A DNA stretch of 61,455 nucleotides, filler included, from Stramenopiles sp. TOSAG23-3 (GCA_900128585.1; 13 parts of 13 records of this genome joined end to end with filler, not necessarily neighbours in it); one strand, 5' to 3'; counted from the first letter of the whole stretch, positions 21,790-33,180 are shown. Numbers and translations are program-made. The notes: a model not told the origin generated them from the letters alone.

Positions 21790-23606
21790 ACGGATGAGGC
21801 GTCGTGAAGAAGAATAGGAAGCGTAATAAGGATTGGCGTACAATACCTTAAACAAGGAGAAGTAAGAAGCGAAGAAGAATAAACAAGTTAAGAGGATGGG
21901 TGGGCAGAGGAAGAGGTCGCACCTAGCAGTGAGGATCGTCGATACGCCAACAAGAGAAACGACAATAACTGTAGCGGAAAACAGAGACGAGAGTATGTGA
22001 CACATACCAAGCATGAGAGAACTTGAAGGCACAGCGCCTCCACGCTTTTCCGTTGGGCTTGCAAGCGCACGGTTCCCTCTTGTCGTTCCTGTATATTCCT
22101 TCCTCCGTTCTGCACCACACACCAGGGGCGTCACTCGCCCACTACGTATAAATGGACATGATGTCTTCGTATGATCTCTCTTTTCCTCTCGGGTTCTCTG
22201 CCTCTCTTCGCTGGGCCTATTTACGGTATGACCCTTCTTATCTGTGTGTACCTCTGTGCACTCGCCTCTGGGCTCCTGCTCCGCTTCTTTGGGAATAACT
22301 TCTCTACCTCTTTTTCCTTGCCCCTCTTTTTCTTAAATCGCGTCGTTACCACTTCGTTTTTGTCTCCTTCCTTTCCAGCACGTCGAGCTCAGATTGTTTA
22401 ATCTACCTTGAATGAAAAGAAACAAAAACAAAAAGAAAATAATTTTTTAGAATGCCAACACGAACAAGGACAAGCAAGAGAAAAGGCCGGGGACAGACCT
22501 CCCGCCGTCCATCGGCCAATGAGCAGCGTGCATCGAGTACCAATGGAGGGGCATCAGGCTCAGGGACACCTCCGGGCACACAAACCCAACCTCCGACGGG
22601 AACGGAAGAACTAACAAGCGACAACACGTTGGTTGTGACACCCACTGCGACAGGGGAGTTTGACATCCCGGGAGTGGGCGTACCCGTGTTTCCTTGTGGG
22701 CTTAGTTGTGTCCGTTGCGGTCTCGCCTGTTCCTCTAATACCCGTATCTTCTCTAATACCCGTATCTTCGCTTGGAGAGTCTCTAGCAGTATTTCTCTGT
22801 CCGTGGCCGCAGCGCTCAAATTTCTTGCTTCGTCTTGGAGAGCCCTAACCACCTCCTTCTGCCTTTCCAAGTGGTCGTTACTCGCCTCCACTTCTGCCCT
22901 CAGACTCGTGATAACAAGAGCACCCCAGCAGATCACAGAACCACCACGGCCACTCCAGGGTTTTATCCCAGCATCACAGATCGGGCAGAGCTCTCAAGAA
23001 AGAGGAAGAGACAGTTACACGGGAGCTCTGCCCCCAAATTCAGGTACGTATAATCCTCTTATCTCCACACCTCGGCAAGTGTACACGTCAGCGGTAAATA
23101 AAATATTATGGAAATGTAAGACGTATAAGGGACAGATGGGAAGCGCTTACAAAGCAGGATAAGCTCATGATCCAAGAATGTTTAAATGGGCACCAATCCT
23201 CACAAGAGAAGGTCAACTCCAATATGGTGAGGAACTGAGATCGGCAAAATCGCGTTCTCGAGCGAAGGCGGAGACGCAGAAGCTTGGGATGTGATTAGTC
23301 GAGATGAGCGGGCTGTCACGTCGTTCGACAGATGGCGGAATCTAATTTCTCAAACAGCGATGCCACTGATTAAAAAGTTATGGGACCCGTTATTGCCAGG
23401 GATTTATCAAAAGATTCAGGACTGGCTACGATTGATCGATCGTGAATCTACAACGGTTTGGGAGGTTACGCGGCAAGCCATAACCCGAGTGTTATGGGAG
23501 TTAGGCCAGCAAATAGCAAGAAACTTTGCGGGCTCTTTCGAAGAGGGGAAATGGCGGACTATGCAATACGATTTGAACCGCAGGACGAGAGACGAAGTAA
23601 CGAAAA
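21790..23606. mobile_element. Degenerate, rearranged element-like (gag-like?) coding relic
   Basis: A GC-richer island with coding-like segments in alternating orientation, in-frame stops, a frameshift near 23230 and an 18-bp tandem duplication (22733-22768). No catalytic TE motif was recognised. Confidence 0.4.
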
Positions 23607-23706
23607 NNNNNNNNNNNNNNNNNNNNNNNNNNNNNNNNNNNNNNNNNNNNTTAATTAATTAANNNNNNNNNNNNNNNNNNNNNNNNNNNNNNNNNNNNNN
23701 NNNNNN

Positions 23707-23716
23707 AGAAAGAAAC

Positions 23717-23784
<68 letters not shown>
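23707..23784 (+). repeat. (AAAG/AAAC)n microsatellite
   Basis: Visible tandem tract at contig start. Confidence 0.93.
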
Positions 23785-23785
<1 letters not shown>

Positions 23786-24101
23786 TTAATTTATATTATT
23801 TTGATAGGTATAATATTTTATAAATAAGAATTTCTTTTTAGTTGTACTTCCTTCATTTTCTTGTTGTTTTTTTCAAATTGATTTTTGAAGGATTGGTATT
23901 CTAATAGAGTCTATTAAGTATAAATTATTTATAATCTGATTTGAATTTTAAAACAAGAAGATATTTTACTCGTGTTCATTATTGTAGCTTCTGGTAGTAC
24001 AGATTTTAATTAAATACATAGAAGCAACAAGGAAGATGAAGAAGAGAGAATGAAGAAGGCGTTTTTTTTGATATTTTTTTACCAAGGTATTATTATAACA
24101 C

Positions 24102-24199
24102 AGAAGAGAAGAAGAAGAAGAAGAAAGAAGAAGAAGAAGAAGAAGAAGAAAGAAAGAAAAAGAAGAAAGAAAGAAAGAAAAAGAAAAAGAAGAAGAAGA
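24102..24199 (+). repeat. Imperfect (GAA)n tract
   Basis: Visible purine tract upstream of WDR60. Confidence 0.9.
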
Positions 24200-24568
24200 A
24201 TATTTTTTATTATTTATTATTATTATAGTCGTCCGTTCTTCTACACTACAATACACATCATAGTAATAATATATTGATTTTCAATTATTTACAATTGGAA
24301 GAAACAAGTACAAGAAAATTAGGGAAGGAGGAAACGAACAATCAATAGATATTGAATAAAGTGAGTCTAAGTACGTTGAAAAGAAATTGAGAGAGGGGAT
24401 TAAAGAAAGAGGGAGAGAGAGTGCTTTTGTGGTTTTAGTTAGTAGTAAGTAGTCCGGGGGAAACTACACTACTGGTTTGGTTTCTTAAATATTAGTTGTG
24501 CAAGTAAGTGTACTTGTAGTTGTCGGTGGTACTGCTGTTCAACGCGTGACGGGAGGTAGTGCACAGTT

Positions 24569-27004
24569 ATGTCACGGAAAGTAAGAAAAATACCACGGGC
24601 ACTGAGGCGTGAGAAGCCCACGCGCCGGGAAGGGAACCCAGACGCATGGTTGGAGCAGCAAATGCAGGCGGCAAACCTGTCCTCTTTTGTTTCTAGCGAG
24701 CCCACACACTCCAAGCCCAGGCAGCTTCGGCGTGTCGAGCCGAAACGGAGAACCCGTGAAAACTTTCACGACGAGTACGGGGGGGGAGGGGGGGACTACC
24801 GCTCGGCGGGGCGGAAGCAGCCTGTCCAGAGCCAGCGCTCTCGGGAGCCAGCTCGAAAAAAGCAACCGACGCCGCAGAAGAAGCGGGTCGAGGTGCAGGA
24901 AGAGGAGGAGGACGAAGACGAGGGGTACAGTGACGAAGACTTTGAAGATTACGGAGAAGACGATTTCGAAGATTTTGAGGATGAAGAGTCGGACAACAAG
25001 CCGGGGGCGGGCACTGCCTCGTCGAAAACGGCGGAGTCCAGGTACGCGAACGAGCGCAAGGTGGAGGCGAAGAGCGGGGGCAGCAAGGGGGGCACAACGC
25101 TTCGCTTTCCGAAAACCAGCAACAACAGGAGCAAAGACCCCGGGGCGTCGTCAAAAACGGCGGACTTTGGCAGCAACCAAGCAGAGTTCAGCCTGTCGTC
25201 AACGCCGAAGTCGAAGAAGAAGGTTGCCCTTGACCTGAACCCGGCCAGGGATCGGAGGATACGAGAGCTGAAGAAGCAGGTCAACCTGGTTGAGGACGGA
25301 AACGTCCTGTTCTCCTTGGCCCCGCTTCAGCCGTACGATCTGTACGTTCGAAAGCTCGGCAGCAAGAATTGCAAGCAGGCGAGCAACATGACGAACGACG
25401 ATGCCCGGACGGCGGACACCCAAACCCTTGAGATAACGAACGCCGAAGCGTCCGCCCAGGTCCCCGACGATCTTGGGTACGCAGGAGGGGGTATCCTGAA
25501 CGATGGCCGACAGGCAACTGCCCTGACGGATTTTTTGAGACGGATCATGCCGGTCATTGAGACCTCTCTGGACGAAAACATGGAGGGGAAGGAGGCCAGC
25601 GTGCCGCGCAGCATGGGCGAAAACGTCGACAACGAGAGTGCCTATAGCGCGGGCTGGGCGGGGTTTGGGTGCCCCGGGTACCTGGCAAACCGGCGGCTCC
25701 TAGGCACCTGCGCCTCCCTTTCGTCTTCCACGACGGTCTGCTCCTGCCACTCTCCAAAGTCCGGGACGATTTCTTCCCCGGGGGGGGCTGCAGAGGACCG
25801 CGAGAAGCTGGCAGGCTTCAACGCGTCCCTGGCTGGCAAAGGCCTGGTGTGCGTGTGGCAAACCGATAATTCGGAGAGGCCGGTCAAAACGCTCGTGTGT
25901 GAAGGGCTACCGGTCTGCTGCGCAATGAGTCCCGTGCGGCCCACGGTGGTGGTCGCCGGAACTTCCACAGGTTCAATCATGGTCTGGGATCTGCGAGAGC
26001 CTAACTCGGTCCACGAAGACGAAGAAAGCAGAACGCTCGACGTCTCGAACGGTCTTCGCAGGCCGTCATACTCCACCGATGCCAGCGCACTGGCGTCGGA
26101 CACCAAGGACCGTTTTGAAAACCAGCACTGTGCCCCGATCGTCGGGCTGGTCACGCTGAATGAGGGCGCAATGGGCAGGAGAAAGGGCTCGTTTGGGGGT
26201 GATTCGACGTCGTTCCAGATCGCATCCTTGGACCAGTCCGGGGTGGTTATGCTGTGGACCGTGCTGGACACGAGGGCAAAGGCGGGGGGCTCGGAGGCGG
26301 ACCTCGGCCTCGGCATTGGCGCCCGGGTGAAACTGACACGAACGGCGAGGATCCCGGTGGCGAGCGTTTCGATGGAATCGTATGCGTTCGATGTTTTTCC
26401 GAACGATACTAGCCACCTTGTAGTCGGAACGGGGAACGGAAGGCTTGTGCACAAGTCCCGCTTTGCTTCCAACGTTACCCCAAGGCATTTCGAGGCCGGG
26501 ATGGGCTCTGACGTCTGCGCAAATGTCACGGCAATAGATTTTAACCCGTTCGTCCCGACGCTGTTTCTTGTAGGTCTCTCCGATGGTAGCATTTCCCTGT
26601 ACAAAAACGATATGGGTGCCCCCATAACGGCCTGGAGCGCTGAGTGCAACGGTGTCGCACTCGATGAAGTGAAAGAGTCCATGCCCCAAGTCGCACAAAT
26701 CAGATGGTCAAAAACCAGGCCTTCTGCGTTTTTTGTCCTTGACGATTCGGGGCGGGTGCACGCGTGGGATTTGTTAGAGAACCAGAACGGGCCCGTTTTT
26801 TCAGACGATTTGTCCAGCAATCCAATTGACTCCATCGTTTCGATGGATTTGTGCTCGTGCGACGTAAAGGGCACGAGCGCCAAACTTTTAACGGGAAGCG
26901 CAGGCGGCGACATCGCGCTGCACGTACTGTCCGGAAACTACCAAGCTGCCCGGGAGAACGAGGCGGACCAATTGGTAGCGATGTGTAATTTTCTCAGCCT
27001 GTAG
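24569..27004 (+). CDS. WDR60: Dynein-2 intermediate chain WDR60 (DYNC2I1/FAP163)
   Basis: Acidic YSDEDFEDY segment, the LAPLQPYDLYVRKLG...QAS..TNDD...DTQT signature, and WD40 repeats (GSIMVWDLRE, WSKTRPSAFFVLD). Confidence 0.88.
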   Translation: MSRKVRKIPRALRREKPTRREGNPDAWLEQQMQAANLSSFVSSEPTHSKPRQLRRVEPKRRTRENFHDEYGGGGGDYRSAGRKQPVQSQRSREPARKKQPTPQKKRVEVQEEEEDEDEGYSDEDFEDYGEDDFEDFEDEESDNKPGAGTASSKTAESRYANERKVEAKSGGSKGGTTLRFPKTSNNRSKDPGASSKTADFGSNQAEFSLSSTPKSKKKVALDLNPARDRRIRELKKQVNLVEDGNVLFSLAPLQPYDLYVRKLGSKNCKQASNMTNDDARTADTQTLEITNAEASAQVPDDLGYAGGGILNDGRQATALTDFLRRIMPVIETSLDENMEGKEASVPRSMGENVDNESAYSAGWAGFGCPGYLANRRLLGTCASLSSSTTVCSCHSPKSGTISSPGGAAEDREKLAGFNASLAGKGLVCVWQTDNSERPVKTLVCEGLPVCCAMSPVRPTVVVAGTSTGSIMVWDLREPNSVHEDEESRTLDVSNGLRRPSYSTDASALASDTKDRFENQHCAPIVGLVTLNEGAMGRRKGSFGGDSTSFQIASLDQSGVVMLWTVLDTRAKAGGSEADLGLGIGARVKLTRTARIPVASVSMESYAFDVFPNDTSHLVVGTGNGRLVHKSRFASNVTPRHFEAGMGSDVCANVTAIDFNPFVPTLFLVGLSDGSISLYKNDMGAPITAWSAECNGVALDEVKESMPQVAQIRWSKTRPSAFFVLDDSGRVHAWDLLENQNGPVFSDDLSSNPIDSIVSMDLCSCDVKGTSAKLLTGSAGGDIALHVLSGNYQAARENEADQLVAMCNFLSL

Positions 27005-27224
27005 TCCAGAAACGTGGACGGAGTTGGTAACGGCACACGTGCATAATGATAAAAGCGGAGTGGTACGGATACGGCCTTTACTTTCTTTTTTGTTTATATT
27101 CTGTTTAATTCGTACGAGTATATACATTTTGCGTACTATATAATTTGTTTTTTTTATACATTTTGCGCGAACGAACGCCCTCTCCTTTGCTTGCTGTCAC
27201 CCATCGCGCCCCACGAACAACATT

Positions 27225-27962
27225 TTACTCTACCTTTTGCCGCTTCGACATCGCATCCTTCCGCGCCCTTTGCCAGTCGTCCGCCCCGTACTTGACTCCA
27301 TCGACGGTTTCCTCACACGCCTGGGAGGAGGAAGACTCCAATTCCTCCTCGGTAACTTTAGTGTCATTCTTATCAGTGCTAGCTTTCCAAGTACCAGTAT
27401 TCCAGTAGTAAACCTTCTTGCTCTCTTCGTCGAAACACGAGTAAATAGTGCCGTCGGCATTTTCGTCCTCATCGTCACTTTCATTGTTCAAGTTCTGGTC
27501 CACGCACTCCAAGCTTTCCGACGGCATTTTTCTCATGGTAGAGTTGGTCCGTTTGTTCCAAAAATAATAGTCTCCCGTATGTTCTTGCTTTACCAACACC
27601 CAGTCTTTCGGTGGCCTGCTGCTGTACGCCTTGCTGTTCTCTGGTATTCCAAATTTCGTCTGCGCCGCCTCCTTGACTACCTTCCGTTGCTTCTTGTGGC
27701 CGACTAAAGCCGACGGGGCCGACCCCGAGTTGGTGGCAGCGCGTTCGGCAGCTTTACTGTTCTGAGAGAGTTTCTCTAGTTTCCTCTTCTTGATTAGCTC
27801 TAAGGTGTTGTCGTACTTTTTCCGCACATTTGAAAAATCACGTTTCGCAGCCGCATTGTCGTAAGTAATTCCCTTTTGCTTCAACGTGGCGCGAGCCTCC
27901 TCTCGTAATTTCTGAGCCCGTGCCTCTTCCGCGGCCTGGCGCTCCCGTTTGGACAGAGACAT
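27225..27962 (-). CDS. WW-domain protein
   Basis: WW-like motifs PPKDWVLVKQEHTGDYYFWNKRT and FDEESKKVYYWNT. ATG at 27962 (MSLSKRE). Confidence 0.75.
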   Translation of the reverse strand: MSLSKRERQAAEEARAQKLREEARATLKQKGITYDNAAAKRDFSNVRKKYDNTLELIKKRKLEKLSQNSKAAERAATNSGSAPSALVGHKKQRKVVKEAAQTKFGIPENSKAYSSRPPKDWVLVKQEHTGDYYFWNKRTNSTMRKMPSESLECVDQNLNNESDDEDENADGTIYSCFDEESKKVYYWNTGTWKASTDKNDTKVTEEELESSSSQACEETVDGVKYGADDWQRARKDAMSKRQKVE

Positions 27963-28208
27963 TCTGGGACGGGATGGGATTTCTTTTTCAATACAAGTTG
28001 TCACACCACCAGCGTATACCAGGACCAGAATAAACACACTCAAATAATCGGTAGGGCATTGGTGAGTTTCGTTTAAATGCCCTGTGTTGTTGATAATATT
28101 TCTTTCTTCTTCTGTATCTATAGTTTTTATTTCATCTAATAATTATAATAATATAGCATAAAAAAAATATCTTTTTTTTTTCATTGCTTCTTCTTGTCGC
28201 TTCTCCCT

Positions 28209-28343
28209 TCTCCTCTTCTTCTTCTTTTTTTTTTTTCTTCTTCTTCTTCTTCCTCTTCTTCTTTTTTCTTCTTTTTCTTCTTCTTCTTCTTCTTCTTCTT
28301 CTTCTTCTTCTTCTTCTTCTTCTTCTTCTTCTTCTTCTTCTTC
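28209..28343 (+). repeat. (TTC)n microsatellite at contig end
   Basis: Visible tract. Confidence 0.95.
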
Positions 28344-28443
28344 NNNNNNNNNNNNNNNNNNNNNNNNNNNNNNNNNNNNNNNNNNNNTTAATTAATTAAN
28401 NNNNNNNNNNNNNNNNNNNNNNNNNNNNNNNNNNNNNNNNNNN

Positions 28444-30966
28444 GAAAATGAGTTGGACAAAATGAAGGAAGAGTTTTCCGAAAAAGAGTCAGGTTACCAG
28501 GACAAACTGATCGCCCTGAACGACAAGCTGGAGAAATTGGAAGTGAACTTTGCCAAAGAAGCGAAAGAGAAGGAAGGGGCAACGCAGACGATCGAGATGT
28601 ACACTGCTGAAGTGGAGAAGCAGAAAGGAGCAGCGGCGGGATTCGAGGAGACGATCCGCCGCATGAACGCCGAAAACGAAACGTTGAAAGGGGACGTGGG
28701 CAGTTTCAGTGAACGGGTGAGTGCGATGGAGAGGGAAAAGTCGGAGACGGACGCAGCGTGTGGAAAATTAAGGGAAGACTTGGCGACATGGAAACTGAGA
28801 ACGAAAGAGATGCAGAAATCAATGCAAGCAAGCATAGATGAAGAACGAAAGGCATCGTTGGAACAAAAAACTTCGCTGGAGTCGACAGTGAAGGGATTGC
28901 AGACGGCAATAGAAGCGGAAAAACAGAGGTGCGAGTCGAAAACGAAAGAGTGCAATGGGAAAGATAATAAAATCCAAAATTTGAACGGAATGTTAGACTC
29001 CCTTAAATTGGAAGGAAACAAGCAACTGGAGTCCATTAAAATGAAAGATTCTGAACTGGGCGTGCTGAAAGATACTCTCATGCAAAAGGAAGACCAGCTC
29101 GACAGGTTCCGGTCTGAACACGAGAGAATTGGGAGGGAAGTGGAGGCTTCGCACGGGTCCATTGGCGCTGAATTGCAATCAAAAAATGCTGAAATAAAAA
29201 AACTTCAAGCCCAAGCCTTGGGGTTAGAACAGTCTTTGCAGGAAGCAAAGGCAGCCTTTGATGCGTTAAACGGCAAAGCAGCAGAAAGCGACGAAGCAAC
29301 AGAAAAGTTAAAACGCGAGCACGCCTCCCAAAAGAACAACATAGAAACTATCAGTGCTGCCCATGCCCACCAACTCGACGACCTACGCGAAACATTGAAG
29401 GCAAACCACGAGGAAGAGCTGAGGAAGCATGCCAGAGAAAGGAACAAGCTCGCTGCAAGCCTGAACGACAAAATCAGTGCGTTGAAACAAGACAACACTG
29501 CCCTGACAAATGAAAAAGACGAAGACAAAGAGCTGATAGCGCAGCTGTACTCGGAATTGGCAAACGTCGAAGCTGAAAAGAAGCAATTGACGGAGAGCAA
29601 GGATAAACAAGAAGATGTCTTGAATTTGAAGCACGTCGAGTTGAGTACATTGAGCGAGCGCATAGCGGATTTGACGAAGCAATTGTCAGAAGCCCACGAG
29701 CAGGCACACGACGGGTACCACGCGACGCAGTTGATGGAAAACACGCGGCAAGAAAACGGGCAGTTAAAAGCCACGATCTCAGATTTGGAGAAAGAGGTCA
29801 CGCTGCTGTCGGACAGCCACCAAAATGCCCGACAGCTTCAAAGTGAACTACGAATGGCGCACATCAGCAAGCAGAAGGAGGTGGAGACCAAGGAGCGGTA
29901 CGAAGAAGAAATGAAGGCATTGAAGGGCAACCTTGAGGTCCTCAGCACGAACAAGGACAGTCTACTTAAATCAATGGAGGAAAAGTCCGCAGAGTTTACG
30001 AATGTGATCGGAACGCTGGAGAAAGAGTTGTCCGAGGAAAAGAAGACCGTTGCATTTTTGCAAGAGGAAAACGCTGTTTTGCGCGACACGCGTGTTAGCA
30101 TGAGCAAGCCGTCTGACGAAGCCCCGAGAACAGTGGCCGAAGAAACAATCAAAGAATTGAAGAAAGTAATTCTAGTCAAGGACGTGGAAATAGACTCGCT
30201 TGCAAGCAACCAGAGGGAAACATATATAGAGTTGGACGCCATGAACAAGGAGTGCGAAAAATTATTCAACATAAACGGCAACTTAGAAAAAGTTATTACA
30301 AACAAACAGAACATAGTTCAAGACTTGCAGAGGAAATTATTTTTGGCACAAAACGCTGAGAAAGTGCTCAGCCCAAAGCAAGCGGCCAACCAGTTGAGCG
30401 TGGAGAGGGGTGCCTACGCAACGGCGGAAGACAAAGCCTCGACCCCGCCGAACAGTAAAAAAGGCAACTTTGCTGCAACCAGAAACAATCATACCAGCCC
30501 ACGTTCAAAACGGTCTCCCAATTACGTGGAGGATACCTTGCGCAACAAGATAAGGAAAACTGAGTCAGAAAACGCGCGTCTGCGTAGCAAGGAATTGGAG
30601 CACCGGGAAGTTGCAGCGATGTTAGTAGCGGTGACGGAAGAGCACAACCAGACCAAACGCAAGCTTATTGCAGCAAAGAAGACGTTGGACGCAGCCGCGA
30701 ACAAGGCTGGCAAAAGACGTTCTCCACACAAAGCACTCGGCGCCTCCGAGGTGGTCGACTTAAGAAAAACAAACGAGACACTGAAGACAAACAATCTTGT
30801 ATTAAATGTTGAAGTCAAACGTTTGCGGCATAAGCTGAATGAAATGAAGCAAAGCCTTGGCACGCCGGTGAAAAGACGCCCTAAGAAAAACACAAAAGCC
30901 CCCGGCTCGTCCGTCGCTTCGCGGTTGCGAACGCGGAAACAGAGAGCAGTAGAAGGCTTTAATTAG
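28444..30966 (+). CDS. Long coiled-coil protein (5'-truncated)
   Basis: Frame is open from the contig edge, with more than 830 aa of E/K/L-rich heptad sequence and no other motif recognised. Confidence 0.85.
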   Translation, partial: ENELDKMKEEFSEKESGYQDKLIALNDKLEKLEVNFAKEAKEKEGATQTIEMYTAEVEKQKGAAAGFEETIRRMNAENETLKGDVGSFSERVSAMEREKSETDAACGKLREDLATWKLRTKEMQKSMQASIDEERKASLEQKTSLESTVKGLQTAIEAEKQRCESKTKECNGKDNKIQNLNGMLDSLKLEGNKQLESIKMKDSELGVLKDTLMQKEDQLDRFRSEHERIGREVEASHGSIGAELQSKNAEIKKLQAQALGLEQSLQEAKAAFDALNGKAAESDEATEKLKREHASQKNNIETISAAHAHQLDDLRETLKANHEEELRKHARERNKLAASLNDKISALKQDNTALTNEKDEDKELIAQLYSELANVEAEKKQLTESKDKQEDVLNLKHVELSTLSERIADLTKQLSEAHEQAHDGYHATQLMENTRQENGQLKATISDLEKEVTLLSDSHQNARQLQSELRMAHISKQKEVETKERYEEEMKALKGNLEVLSTNKDSLLKSMEEKSAEFTNVIGTLEKELSEEKKTVAFLQEENAVLRDTRVSMSKPSDEAPRTVAEETIKELKKVILVKDVEIDSLASNQRETYIELDAMNKECEKLFNINGNLEKVITNKQNIVQDLQRKLFLAQNAEKVLSPKQAANQLSVERGAYATAEDKASTPPNSKKGNFAATRNNHTSPRSKRSPNYVEDTLRNKIRKTESENARLRSKELEHREVAAMLVAVTEEHNQTKRKLIAAKKTLDAAANKAGKRRSPHKALGASEVVDLRKTNETLKTNNLVLNVEVKRLRHKLNEMKQSLGTPVKRRPKKNTKAPGSSVASRLRTRKQRAVEGFN

Positions 30967-31304
30967 CAAAGGCAGGTGGGTGAGGTAATTTTTAAATTCA
31001 AAAAAACACAACACTCAGAAACATTATTGTTTTGGGGTGATGTGTTTGGGCCTTTGGGTGCAGGTTTTTAATTTGAAATCGTGAGATATTTAAAACAGTT
31101 AATTTTGTTTGCGCTGATTTGTCACACTCATATGTAAGAAACACTCATACACGTAAAATTAATCTGAGAAAAGTGTTAATTCTAAAAAGATAAAAACCAA
31201 TAAATGCATAGTAACGTGTTTAAGTTTTCTACATTAAGTACTCTAATTTTAATAATCATAACAGCCAGAGCATTTATTTTGTTTTAAATTTTGTGGTTCA
31301 ATCA

Positions 31305-32819
31305 CTACTCCGTTTCTACGATTACTTGGTGGTTTTCTCCTTCTACCCTTCCTTTCGGGTCATTCCCCAAATTTCGCTCCACAAAATGAGGCTTTAAATC
31401 CATTCCACTGTAGTCTTTGAGCGTGAGGAGGCTCGCCGCGACAGTGTCGTACCGCCCCCCGGGAGGGACAAGTCGGTGTTCCCAGCATTGTTGTTCAACG
31501 GCATCGTACCCTAAAATCTTTGCCTTTCGCTGTTGCGCCGCGAGCTCTTTCTCTTTGGCCAATTTCGCATTTTCTTTACGAGAAATGCCCAGTACACGCC
31601 TCGCTTTATTTTTACTCAATTTATGCTCTCTAAAAAAGTCTTTCATTTCTCTGGGAACCCGGCCTTCTTTTTCATACATCGCCTTCCACTCCGAGGTGTG
31701 GTCCTTGATGTATTTTCCCACGACATCTTCTTCCTTTTCTTCTTCTTTGTCCCAGTTCTCATCTCTTTCAACACCTTGTTTTTCTAACTCTAACATTTTA
31801 AACAGTCTCTTTTTCGCCTCCACCGCTCGGCGCTTCTCCAGTTCTTCTAGCTTTTTGCGCTCGTCTGCATCGGCACCCAGTTCTTCCGCAGCCAGCTGGA
31901 GCCATACTCCCATGGCATGTTTTACGAATATACAGTACATGATGACACGGAAATCCTCAGGGTTGTCCCAGTAGTCATTCTTATAGAACACGTATTTGAA
32001 AATATCTTTCGCTAGTTCCCAGATTTCCTGTTTGGGGGTTTCTCGCGAAAATGTTTCCGCAGCAGTTGCAGGGTCATGATTTTCTCCACTATAATTTTCA
32101 TCCCTTAACAACGTACGTGCAATTTGGAGCCCTCGCTTGTGAACTTTACGACCGATTTTCTGGGACTCGCGGACGACCAAGTTGGATAGTTTGGCAAAAA
32201 GCGTACTGTCGCTACGCTTGACCTGCGTTAATGCTCGGACGATGCACCCGGCCTCGTGAAACGAATTGACCATCCAGCACGACCAAACATCGCGAACAGT
32301 TTTGAGCATTTGCCAAGCCAAGTTCTGGAGTTCAAAGCGTGGCCCACACACTTCAAATACCATTCCCAAATCGTCCAGGTCCCGTTGTATATCTTTACTT
32401 CCAGTGACTTCCGACGGCACAAAACCGCGAGCGTTTGCGTCCAAGATCCCACGGTCACTCCCAGCCTTTAACAAATACAGCACCATTTCATGGTCACCAC
32501 GGCGAGCGGCAATGTGAAGCAGCGTATCGCCCAACTCTAACATTCCAGATTCCAACCCTCGTTCAAACTCCACGCTGCGCCGATGAATGTGCAGCATGTT
32601 GGAATCTCGCACCTCGGTGTCTACGACGTCTGTCATTTCAACGATTTCCTTCCTCCGCAATTGCATGAGAGCAGAGCGGGACAGCCGCGTGCGCAGGAAC
32701 CGGAGTGAGACAAGATTGTCCTGCAGCATTTGCATGTCCCCCTTTGCGACCGCGTCGACAGTAGAGATGAAATGGTAGAACATTTCAATGTCGGTTTCGA
32801 TCGAGATTCCCGCACCCAT
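31305..32819 (-). CDS. Ankyrin-repeat protein with predicted N-myristoylation site
   Basis: Ankyrin motif GDTLLHIAARRGDHEMVLYLL. Likely start MGAGIS at 32819 (MGxxxS). Confidence 0.8.
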   Translation of the reverse strand: MGAGISIETDIEMFYHFISTVDAVAKGDMQMLQDNLVSLRFLRTRLSRSALMQLRRKEIVEMTDVVDTEVRDSNMLHIHRRSVEFERGLESGMLELGDTLLHIAARRGDHEMVLYLLKAGSDRGILDANARGFVPSEVTGSKDIQRDLDDLGMVFEVCGPRFELQNLAWQMLKTVRDVWSCWMVNSFHEAGCIVRALTQVKRSDSTLFAKLSNLVVRESQKIGRKVHKRGLQIARTLLRDENYSGENHDPATAAETFSRETPKQEIWELAKDIFKYVFYKNDYWDNPEDFRVIMYCIFVKHAMGVWLQLAAEELGADADERKKLEELEKRRAVEAKKRLFKMLELEKQGVERDENWDKEEEKEEDVVGKYIKDHTSEWKAMYEKEGRVPREMKDFFREHKLSKNKARRVLGISRKENAKLAKEKELAAQQRKAKILGYDAVEQQCWEHRLVPPGGRYDTVAASLLTLKDYSGMDLKPHFVERNLGNDPKGRVEGENHQVIVETE

Positions 32820-33180
32820 TCTCCTCCGTTCTGTTTGAAAGTCTACAACACGACGAGCAACTGCAACTGTTGAAAAGTGTTGGCGGAAACCGGACGAAGA
32901 ATGTTTAACGGAAGTAATGTTTTGCCATTCCCTTCTCAATTTAGAAGCAAAAAGAAAAATAGGGATACAATACCGGTATATATATATAATTGGAAGGTGC
33001 AATTGGCACAACCAACCTTTATGCTTACTACATACTTCTTTGTCTGAAGAGAAAACCAACCAACAACAAACCCCCCCCCNNNNNNNNNNNNNNNNNNNNN
33101 NNNNNNNNNNNNNNNNNNNNNNNTTAATTAATTAANNNNNNNNNNNNNNNNNNNNNNNNNNNNNNNNNNNNNNNNNNNNC

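Noticed and set aside
21790-23162. Alternative genetic code (TAA/TAG = Gln) to explain in-frame stops
   Set aside because: Conserved genes in the window end normally at TAA, TAG and TGA, and the relic also has an in-frame TGA and a frameshift.
25642-26913. Long antisense ORFs opposite real genes (also 15654-16646, 43322-44212, 50704-51528, 57007-57831)
   Set aside because: They are shadows of GC-rich codon usage with no recognisable motifs.
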